This document shows positions 56,563 through 64,000 of a stretch of DNA of 64,000 nucleotides, piece after piece (positions within the stretch are counted from its first letter, which is position 1; every line of letters starts with the position of its first letter). The notes beneath the pieces are model-generated. The model was not told where the DNA came from. It saw nothing but the letters and a program-made list of their open reading frames with translations, and did no database searches. The translations under genes and the position numbers were made by a program. This stretch comes from a virus (taxonomy: Duplodnaviria > Caudoviricetes): positions 14 through 64,013 of IMG/VR virus record IMGVR_UViG_3300020180_000003, one strand, 5' to 3'.

Positions 56563-56820
56563 ATGACAAAAGGCATTCTTGTACCTGGTGTAATTTATAG
56601 TTTGGTTTTGGCCGTCGCGACCTGGGCAATCGATTATTTTAGCGTGGGCGCGGGCGGCGGCATTCCGTGGGCACCGATTCTCATCGCAACAATTCCGGTG
56701 CTACTAAAACTCATAACCGTACAGGCACCAGAACCGGTGCAGCCTGCGTCTACTACGCGCGGCTTTGACGATGAGCCGGCAGAACAGCCGACTAAAGTGC
56801 AGCGCTTTCTGTTAGGATAA
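56563..56820 (+). CDS. Putative holin (two TM)
   Basis: 85 aa, two hydrophobic helices, charged tail. Confidence 0.5.
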   Translation: MTKGILVPGVIYSLVLAVATWAIDYFSVGAGGGIPWAPILIATIPVLLKLITVQAPEPVQPASTTRGFDDEPAEQPTKVQRFLLG

Positions 56821-56827
56821 CCAACCA

Positions 56828-58921
56828 ATGACCGTCGCACGCATTATCCCGAAACGCATACGTGACCAACAGGATGCCAACCTAACACTAGGAGCGGGCA
56901 CCAATGGCTATGCCGTCATCTACAGCCATACCACCGGCTTATTCGAGTTGGCGGCGCTTGAGGCCGTAGGCGTGGCGGCTGGGCTGATTACCGCGCACGT
57001 TGGATTGTCGAATCCACACACCCAATACACTCTTGCATCGTCATTCACCACGCACCAAGCGCTGACCACGGCGCATGGTATCAGCGCGTATGGCGCAACG
57101 CTGGTTGATGACGCCGACGCTACAACAGCGCGTGGTACGCTGGGACTGGGCACAATGGCGACGCAGGACAGCACTGCGTATCTGTTGGCAAGCGGCTACA
57201 CGGCAGCAGATGTACTCAGCAAACTATTGACTGTAGACGGCAGCGGTAGCGGTCTGGACGCTGATTTACTGGACGGGTTGAGTAGCGCCGCGTTTGAGGC
57301 TGTGGGTGTGGCGGCCACACATGCGGCTCTTACCGCGGCGCATGGCGCAACCGGTGCGGTGGTCGGTACCACGAACACGCAGACCCTGACTGGCAAAACC
57401 ATCGCGGGCGGGGCTGCTGCTACAGAGTCGGCCAATCTTGTCGTCAATGGCACATTTGACACTGATACCAGTTGGACGAAAGGCACCAACTGGACGATTG
57501 CGGCAGGGGTAGCAACAAAAACGGCGGGGAGCGCAGCGGATCTCACACAGAATCTAGGCGAGGCGGCGGGAAAAATGTACAGTGTGCGCTTCGGCTACAC
57601 ACGCACGGCGGGCACGTTGTCGGTCTCCATCGGCGGGGTCACGCACGCAACGACATTTAGTGCGGCCAGTGGTAGCGGCGATTTGTATATGCTGGCAATC
57701 AGCACAGCAGATTTGTCATTCATAGCAGATGCTACGTTCGCCGGTACGATTGACAATGTAATTGTTGGTGAGATTGTGGCGACCACTACCGTGATGTCAC
57801 TCAGTAATGCTGCTGGCACTGTCGTACGTCCGGTGCGTCTGGCGACTGGCTCCATCGGCATAGATGGCGGTGGGACATTCAACACGACAGGCAACTACTG
57901 GAATGCCCTTGGGCAACAAGCAGGCTACAGTAACACGACAGGCGGCTACTGGAACGCCTTCGGCTATCAGGCAGGCTACTTTAACACGACAGGCGGCTAC
58001 TGGAATGCCCTTGGGCAACAAGCAGGCTACAGTAACACGACAGGCACCTACTGGAACGCCTTCGGGCGGGAGGCAGGCTACAGTAACACGACTGGCAGCC
58101 AATGGAACGCCTTTGGCTTACAGGCAGGCTACTTTAACACGACAGGCGGCTTCTGGAACGCCTTCGGCTATCAGGCAGGCTACTTTAACACGACAGGCGG
58201 CTACTGGAACGCCTTCGGGCGGGAGGCAGGCTACAGTAACACGACTGGCAGCCAATGGAACGCCTTTGGGCGGCAGGCGGGCTACTTTAACACGACAGGC
58301 AGCTTCTGGAACGCCTTCGGCTATCGAGCGCTCTATCTAGCGACCGGATCCGGCAACCAGGGATTTGGCTTCCAGGCTGGCGACAATATCACGACCGGCC
58401 AATATAATCTCGTACTGGGCTACGACCTGGATGCACCATCTGCCACCGCCGATTACCAACTAGCCATCGGTGGCTATATCGTTGGCGATGGTAGCCGTAT
58501 TTGGCTTGAACCACGCACCGACTCGACGACGGGAGTCCAGTTTCGCGCAGCGAACGGCACGACTGTGCTGTTTAATGTGGACACGACATCTGGGCTGACG
58601 ACGCTCACCGGCACCAGTACGGCGACTCATGCCGCTTTCCAAATGATGAGCAGCACAACGCCTGGGCGAGATGCCGGTCGACTGGCATGGGACTGGCCTA
58701 CGCCAACCGATGCCGTACGAGCTAGTCGTGGCAAACTGACGGCCTATTTTACGTCAACCGAACAGGAAGCAATCCGCTGGACTGGCGACACGGGCGGGAT
58801 TCTGCTTGGCTTTTACGGGCAGGCGGGGGCAGCACGGCAACTACTCGCCACCGGAGCAGCACGCACGGTTGACGATGTGATCACGTTCTTGCAAAATTTA
58901 GGATTAGCAAAGCAGTCATAG
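56828..58921 (+). CDS. Fibre-like virion protein with carbohydrate-binding-like domain and 14-aa beta-roll repeats
   Basis: GSGLDADLLDG fibre motif, LVVNGTFDTDTSW, (GYxNTTGxxWNAFG)n. Confidence 0.7.
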   Translation: MTVARIIPKRIRDQQDANLTLGAGTNGYAVIYSHTTGLFELAALEAVGVAAGLITAHVGLSNPHTQYTLASSFTTHQALTTAHGISAYGATLVDDADATTARGTLGLGTMATQDSTAYLLASGYTAADVLSKLLTVDGSGSGLDADLLDGLSSAAFEAVGVAATHAALTAAHGATGAVVGTTNTQTLTGKTIAGGAAATESANLVVNGTFDTDTSWTKGTNWTIAAGVATKTAGSAADLTQNLGEAAGKMYSVRFGYTRTAGTLSVSIGGVTHATTFSAASGSGDLYMLAISTADLSFIADATFAGTIDNVIVGEIVATTTVMSLSNAAGTVVRPVRLATGSIGIDGGGTFNTTGNYWNALGQQAGYSNTTGGYWNAFGYQAGYFNTTGGYWNALGQQAGYSNTTGTYWNAFGREAGYSNTTGSQWNAFGLQAGYFNTTGGFWNAFGYQAGYFNTTGGYWNAFGREAGYSNTTGSQWNAFGRQAGYFNTTGSFWNAFGYRALYLATGSGNQGFGFQAGDNITTGQYNLVLGYDLDAPSATADYQLAIGGYIVGDGSRIWLEPRTDSTTGVQFRAANGTTVLFNVDTTSGLTTLTGTSTATHAAFQMMSSTTPGRDAGRLAWDWPTPTDAVRASRGKLTAYFTSTEQEAIRWTGDTGGILLGFYGQAGAARQLLATGAARTVDDVITFLQNLGLAKQS
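57878..58325 (+). repeat. 42-bp tandem repeat, about 10.5 copies
   Basis: aacacgacaggc..ctggaacgccttcgg...caggctac recurring. Confidence 0.9.
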
Positions 58922-58930
58922 GAGACAATC

Positions 58931-59206
58931 ATGGCAGTTGACCAGACATCAAAACAACGCAATTTGGCGACCAATCTTATCCAGCAGGCGGTCGCGCTGG
59001 AGGCGATTCTGACGCAGGCGGAGGCGCTCGTAGCGCAACACCCGCTCGCCGGGGAGTATAAGGTGTTAACGTTCGAGGGAACCGACTTGCAACATATTGA
59101 CGGCGCTGATTTGAGTACGCTGATCGCTGGCTTCGACGCGCTACTGGCATGGATCAACGAGTCTGGGCAATTCCGGCGTGACATTTTCCGCAAGGTGCTG
59201 CCGTGA
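58931..59206 (+). CDS. Hypothetical protein
   Basis: AGGAGA RBS. Confidence 0.65.
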   Translation: MAVDQTSKQRNLATNLIQQAVALEAILTQAEALVAQHPLAGEYKVLTFEGTDLQHIDGADLSTLIAGFDALLAWINESGQFRRDIFRKVLP

Positions 59207-59421
59207 CCGAACAATCAGAAGCGCCACTGACCATTGAGCAGCACCGCGCCCACATTGCCAAATATCTAGCTGACAACGGGCTGAAAATCATCATCATCGC
59301 GGTGGGCATTCGTAGCGGCCAGCCGTCGAATATTAGTGATTTTCTCGGGCACAATCACTTTGCTGATTGCATGATCATGGAGGCGGGAACCAATGCCACA
59401 AACAACAGCAGTAGCGGCTGA
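59203..59421 (+). CDS. Hypothetical protein
   Basis: Coupled ORF. Confidence 0.5.
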   Translation: MTEQSEAPLTIEQHRAHIAKYLADNGLKIIIIAVGIRSGQPSNISDFLGHNHFADCMIMEAGTNATNNSSSG

Positions 59422-61072
59422 TCTGGGGCTACTTCACACGGCTAAAGCTATCGGATATCGCGTCCTCAATTTGGACGCAACTATCTACAGCGCATTCAGC
59501 ACAACCGGCGTTGCAGAAACGAACGTGCTTGGTTTCTACCGCAAAGACAATGGAGCGGTTGTACCCGACGCTGGCGGCTATATCGTTTGGGGCGTGAGCG
59601 GCACGGATTACGCCGCGGATACTATACCGCCAGCCGCGCCGACTGCCGCGCAGATTAACGCTGAGGTAGACACGGCATTGGCTGATTATGACGGCCCAAC
59701 CAAAGCGGAACTCGATAGCGCCGTCGCACCCCTGGCGAGTGCGACGAATCTGGCGACTCTTGCGGGCTACGTCGATACGGAGGTAGCGGCAATCAAAACC
59801 AAAACCGACGCATTGCCGGCTGATCCGGCTGATGCCAGCGACATTGCCGCGGCAATTAGCGGACTGAATAATCTAAGTAGTGCTCAGGCCCAAACCGCAG
59901 CCGAAGCCGCATTGGCATCCGCTGGCGTAACAACCACGGTTACCGGACGCATTGACGCTGCAATTACAAGCCGATCAACCCTGACTGCGCAACAGGTGTG
60001 GGAGTACAGCACGCGCACGCTGTCCAGTTTCGGCACGCTGATTGCAGACATTTGGTCGAACGCAATCCGCACGATCACGGGTGGTAGCTTGACCACAGCA
60101 CCTCCAACCGCCGCACAGATTGACACGCAACTGAGCGGCACACACGGCGCGGGCGCATGGTCTACGGCGACAGGGTTCGCAACACCGACCAATATCACGG
60201 CTGGCACGATTACCACCGTCACGAATCTAACAAACGCACCGACTGCCGGCGACTTGACCGCCACCATGAAAACCAGCGTAACCACGGCTGCAACAGCGGC
60301 GACACCGACCGTCGCAGCCGTCACCGGTAACGTGGGCGGCAATGTTGTTGGCAGCGTTGGTAGTGCCACGATTGTCAATGGATTAGCTGCCAACGTTATC
60401 ACGGCTGCGAGCATCGCCACAGACGCCATTACCGCCGCAAAGGTGGCCGCCGATGCAGTGACGAAGATCCAGCTTGGACTAGCAACGCCAACCAACATCA
60501 CGGCTGGCACGATTACCACCGTCACGAATCTAACAAACGCACCGACTGCCGGTGACCTAACCGCCACCATGAAAACATCAGTTGCTACAGCGGTGTGGGC
60601 AGCGGCTACGCGCACGCTCACAGGTTACGGGACACTGGTGGCAGACGTATGGGCCGCTGTTTCGCGTACCATCACTGGCGGCACGATTGCAACTGTGTCA
60701 GATAAGACCGGCTACAGCTTGAGTGTTACCCCTCCAACCGCCGCACAGATTGATACGCAACTGAGTGGCACACACGGCGCGGGTGCATGGGCGACAGCGA
60801 CAGGGTTCGCAACACCGGCAAACGTCACCGCCGCGCAGGCGGCAATCATTGCGGCCCAGCCGAGCGCCGCAGCGGTCGTGGCTGCAATCATGGCGTACGC
60901 GGTGGCAACCGGCCTGACGTTTGAACAGGCCATGTTGAACATCTGGTCGGTAACGGCTGGCGATTCCACCGCCAATGATGCGCAGAATCCAACCAGCATT
61001 GTGTACGATGATCCGGACGGTACAACCAACGTGACGCACACACTGACCGATACAACCCGGGTGAACGTGTGA
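59393..61072 (+). CDS. Ala/Thr-rich repetitive protein (fibre-like)
   Basis: VW..TRTL repeats and duplicated blocks. Confidence 0.7.
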   Translation: MPQTTAVAADLGLLHTAKAIGYRVLNLDATIYSAFSTTGVAETNVLGFYRKDNGAVVPDAGGYIVWGVSGTDYAADTIPPAAPTAAQINAEVDTALADYDGPTKAELDSAVAPLASATNLATLAGYVDTEVAAIKTKTDALPADPADASDIAAAISGLNNLSSAQAQTAAEAALASAGVTTTVTGRIDAAITSRSTLTAQQVWEYSTRTLSSFGTLIADIWSNAIRTITGGSLTTAPPTAAQIDTQLSGTHGAGAWSTATGFATPTNITAGTITTVTNLTNAPTAGDLTATMKTSVTTAATAATPTVAAVTGNVGGNVVGSVGSATIVNGLAANVITAASIATDAITAAKVAADAVTKIQLGLATPTNITAGTITTVTNLTNAPTAGDLTATMKTSVATAVWAAATRTLTGYGTLVADVWAAVSRTITGGTIATVSDKTGYSLSVTPPTAAQIDTQLSGTHGAGAWATATGFATPANVTAAQAAIIAAQPSAAAVVAAIMAYAVATGLTFEQAMLNIWSVTAGDSTANDAQNPTSIVYDDPDGTTNVTHTLTDTTRVNV

Positions 61073-61266
61073 GCCGATTCAAGCGGATAGCTAGCCGCGG
61101 CTGGCTAGGCAATGCGCTATCCGTGTTGACATACGGATACTTTCCGTACCGCGACGTTGCCATCGGTACAATTTGCATCGGTGCAATTCTCATGACAACA
61201 CCGTCCGCGTCTGTGTCTATGGCGATACCGAATACACTAATTGAATTCGAGGATTGCGAAGAATGA
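61069..61266 (+). CDS. Hypothetical protein
   Basis: Coupled ORF. Confidence 0.45.
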   Translation: MSRFKRIASRGWLGNALSVLTYGYFPYRDVAIGTICIGAILMTTPSASVSMAIPNTLIEFEDCEE

Positions 61267-61604
61267 TTGACATCAGTGTTACGCCAGCGGAAAAAGGCAC
61301 AGCAAAAGTCACCGTTGGCCCGTTTGCGGATGAAGACGGCACCGTGATCACACCGCTGACCATAACATGGATGCTAACCGACCGGCGCGGCACCGTGATC
61401 AATAATCGCACCGCCGTAGTGGTGACACCCGCGGATACGGTGATGTTTGCGCTGACAGGCGACGATTTGGCGATTGCCGGAAACGCGCTACAGCGTGTGA
61501 TTACGGTTAGCTGGACATACAACAGCACGCTGGGCAGCGGCTTGACGGGTAGAGCACAAGCTCGATTTAGTATCGAACAGATGGCAGGGATTGCAGATGG
61601 CTAA
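61263..61604 (+). CDS. Hypothetical beta-sandwich protein
   Basis: Coupled ORF. Confidence 0.55.
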   Translation: MIDISVTPAEKGTAKVTVGPFADEDGTVITPLTITWMLTDRRGTVINNRTAVVVTPADTVMFALTGDDLAIAGNALQRVITVSWTYNSTLGSGLTGRAQARFSIEQMAGIADG

Positions 61605-62826
61605 GTCAATCACCTGGACGAACGAAAAGCGCAAACTCCGCGACCTCAAACCGTGGGCACGCAATCCGCGCGTTATCAAAAACAAGCAAGCCGAACGCTT
61701 GGTTGAATCGGTCAACGACTTCGGTCAGGTGGAAACGCTAGCGATTGGGCCGAACGATGGCGAACTCTACAACGGGCATCAGCGATTGTCTGTGCTAGCC
61801 GGTGCATACGGCCTTGACTATGAGGTTGACGTGCGTGTGGCAAGCCGCCCACTGTCTGAGAAAGAACGCGAACGGCTCACCGTATATCTCCATCGCGGCG
61901 CGACCGGCGATTTCGACATGGATCTGCTGGCGAATGAGTTTGAGGTAGACGATCTGCTTTCCTGGGGCTTTGACGCATTTGAGTTGGGCATAGAGGAACC
62001 AGAGGCAGACGCAGGCAGCGATACAGAGCCACAGATAGACAAAGCTGAGGAGTTGCGCACAAAGTGGGATGTGGAGTTGGGGCAGACGTGGCAGCTTGGT
62101 GATCACCGGCTCATCTGTGGCGATTGCACGGACGCTGCGACGGTGGCGCGGTTGATGGGTGGAGAGAAGGCGGAAGTCGTGGTCACCGATCCACCTTATG
62201 GAATTATGGCGCTGGGCGGACGCCGACAAACTCACGCAGCAAAGGGGATTCAGCTAATTGAGAATGACGATCTTACTGGGGATACTCTGATAAGGTTTTT
62301 GGCTGATTTTATAAACTTGTGTCCAGTTAAGAATGAATCATCCTTCTATGTCTGCTATGGGTGGAAGTCTCAATCAGAATTTACTCAGGCAATGAGAGAC
62401 AATAGCTTAACATTGCGCGCAACTATTACATGGGTGAAAAACGTATTTGGATTGAGCGCAAAAAACAGCGTTGGCTACAGGCCGCAAACAGAATTTATGT
62501 ACTTTGCAACGAAGTCGCAGGACTATAATTGGAAATGGAACGGTGGCGGTACACAATCGGACGCGTGGTTTATTGACCGCCCCACTGAGCGCGAAGGTAA
62601 TCACCCAACCAACAAGCCCATAGAGTTGCCGGTGAAATGTATTGAAAACTCTAGTGATATTGGCGACATTGTTTATGACCCATTTTTGGGCAGCGGCACA
62701 ACACTGATCGCCTGCGAGAATCTTGGGCGCAAATGTCGTGCTGTGGAACTTTCGCCCGCGTACGTTGCGGTAGCACTTCAGAGATTCGCAGACCATACCG
62801 GCATCGAGCCTGTGTTAGTGAAGTAG
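61597..62826 (+). CDS. ParB-like domain fused to DNA methyltransferase (N4/N6)
   Basis: LKPWARNPR, NGHQRL; TDPPYG, HPTNKP, DPFLGSGTT. Confidence 0.92.
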   Translation: MAKSITWTNEKRKLRDLKPWARNPRVIKNKQAERLVESVNDFGQVETLAIGPNDGELYNGHQRLSVLAGAYGLDYEVDVRVASRPLSEKERERLTVYLHRGATGDFDMDLLANEFEVDDLLSWGFDAFELGIEEPEADAGSDTEPQIDKAEELRTKWDVELGQTWQLGDHRLICGDCTDAATVARLMGGEKAEVVVTDPPYGIMALGGRRQTHAAKGIQLIENDDLTGDTLIRFLADFINLCPVKNESSFYVCYGWKSQSEFTQAMRDNSLTLRATITWVKNVFGLSAKNSVGYRPQTEFMYFATKSQDYNWKWNGGGTQSDAWFIDRPTEREGNHPTNKPIELPVKCIENSSDIGDIVYDPFLGSGTTLIACENLGRKCRAVELSPAYVAVALQRFADHTGIEPVLVK

Positions 62827-62852
62827 TTATACAAGTTGAAACAAGCTGAAAC

Positions 62853-63188
62853 ATGGCAAATCCAACCGGCAAAGGTGGCTTCGGGGAAAACAGGCAGCGC
62901 ATAAATCGCAAAGGGCGACCGAAGACGTTCGACGCGCTGCGCACCCTGGCCCAAGAGATCAGCCATGAGACCATTCCCGGCAAAGACGGCAATCCTTACA
63001 CCGTAGCCGAGGCCATCTTACGCAAGTGGGCGACCAGTCCCAACCCAGCGCTACAAATGAAGTTTGTTGAGGTGGCCTTCGGCAAAGTGCCCGAGGAGGT
63101 GAAATTGTCCGGCGATGTGAGCGGCGAGGTCGTTATAAGGATTATCTACGGCAACGATGGAAGTAATGACGAACGAATTAATAGTTAA
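62853..63188 (+). CDS. terS: Terminase small subunit (putative)
   Basis: NRKGRPK motif; directly before terL. Confidence 0.65.
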   Translation: MANPTGKGGFGENRQRINRKGRPKTFDALRTLAQEISHETIPGKDGNPYTVAEAILRKWATSPNPALQMKFVEVAFGKVPEEVKLSGDVSGEVVIRIIYGNDGSNDERINS

Positions 63189-64000
63189 CCTACCATTGCC
63201 GCACGAGAAGCAGCTTAGCTTTATGCGCAGTCCCGCAAAGCGCAAAGTTGTCTGTGCTGGGCGACGCGGCGGCAAAACTACCGGCATGGTGTCGCTGGCG
63301 GTTGAGTCCATGCTGAGCGGCAAACGTGTATTAGAAGCTGCTCCAACATCTGATCAGACAAATGTTTTTTGGACTGGTTGCAAGCGCGCTTTGGTGGACT
63401 TGGTCTCTGCTGGTGTTGTCTACAAAAACGAAACCGAACGCGTATTGGAAATCAAAAACGGTGGACGCATTCGCACAAAAACGGCATGGGATGCCGATTC
63501 TCTACGTGGTGATCATGCTGATTTATTAATACTGGACGAGTACAGTATTATGAATCCAGACACATGGACAGAGGTTGGCGCTCCAATGTTGCTCGATAAC
63601 GATGGCGATGCCGTATTCATATTTACGCCAAAGCGTAAAAATCATGCACACAAGATCTATCATCAGGCCATGGGCGACACAACAGGCCGCTGGGCGGCGT
63701 TTCATTTTACAAGCCACGACAATCCGTATTTGAGCAAAGACGCGTTGGAGGAAATTACCTCTGATATGACAGAGGAAACCTATCGACAAGAAGTCCTTGC
63801 TGAGTTTCTCGAAGGCGAAGGTGCTGTTTTTCGCAATATTGCGGCTTGTATGAGTGCGCCAGTCACAACGCCTAGCGCACACGTTGGACACACGCTAATT
63901 GCTGGCGTGGACTGGGGCAAGCAGAATGATTTTACAACAGTCAGTATCGGTTGCACGCGATGCAAGGCTGAAGTGGTGCGCGATAGATTCAATCAGATTG
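63166..64000 (+). CDS. terL: Terminase large subunit, N-terminal ATPase part (continues across the circular junction into 1..521; about 413 aa in total)
   Basis: Not in the ORF track. Reads MTNELIVNLPLPHEKQ...CAGRRGGKT (Walker A)...LLILDEYS (Walker B). In frame with 21..521 through the 114-bp end overlap. Confidence 0.93.
   Translation, partial: MTNELIVNLPLPHEKQLSFMRSPAKRKVVCAGRRGGKTTGMVSLAVESMLSGKRVLEAAPTSDQTNVFWTGCKRALVDLVSAGVVYKNETERVLEIKNGGRIRTKTAWDADSLRGDHADLLILDEYSIMNPDTWTEVGAPMLLDNDGDAVFIFTPKRKNHAHKIYHQAMGDTTGRWAAFHFTSHDNPYLSKDALEEITSDMTEETYRQEVLAEFLEGEGAVFRNIAACMSAPVTTPSAHVGHTLIAGVDWGKQNDFTTVSIGCTRCKAEVVRDRFNQI
63887..64000. repeat. 114-bp direct repeat of positions 1-114 (circular assembly overlap)
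   Basis: Identical sequence gacacacgct...tcagattg at both ends. Confidence 0.97.

Noticed and set aside
57878-58325. CRISPR array or diversity-generating retroelement
   Set aside because: It is an in-frame 42-bp coding repeat with no unique spacers, and I recognise no reverse transcriptase in the genome.
63887-64000. Biological direct terminal repeat
   Set aside because: It falls inside terL and keeps the frame, so it is a circular-assembly overlap.

Overview
The window is one complete, circularly permuted tailed-phage genome of 63,886 bp. Bases 63887-64000 repeat bases 1-114, and the large terminase gene reads through that junction. It has a siphovirus-like layout: head and tail genes at 525-25738 (+), accessory and replication genes at 25785-46952 (-), and early/accessory genes, extra fibre-like genes and packaging genes at 47117-63886 (+). 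'YLPI(V)' motif proteins and a type I-E-like repeat suggest a Chloroflexota host (inference). The main finding is a compact RNA-guided system at 34259-36119 (-): promoter, RHH gene, intact 390-aa TnpB/Cas12-like nuclease, an omegaRNA-like scaffold carrying an anti-repeat, and a 4-repeat/3-spacer CRISPR array. I recognise no cas1, cas2, cas6 or transposase gene. Two spacers encode peptides nearly identical to this phage's own proteins but with recoded codons, and the third shares 13 nt with its FtsK gene. This suggests the phage targets close relatives. Also notable are a second, degenerate CRISPR-like hairpin array (52087-52314), an FtsK/membrane-protein module, a repeated gene-leader cassette, a degenerate mini-PolX, a CHAT protease and a two-domain polysaccharide lyase. 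All product calls come from motif recognition by eye; no searches were run.
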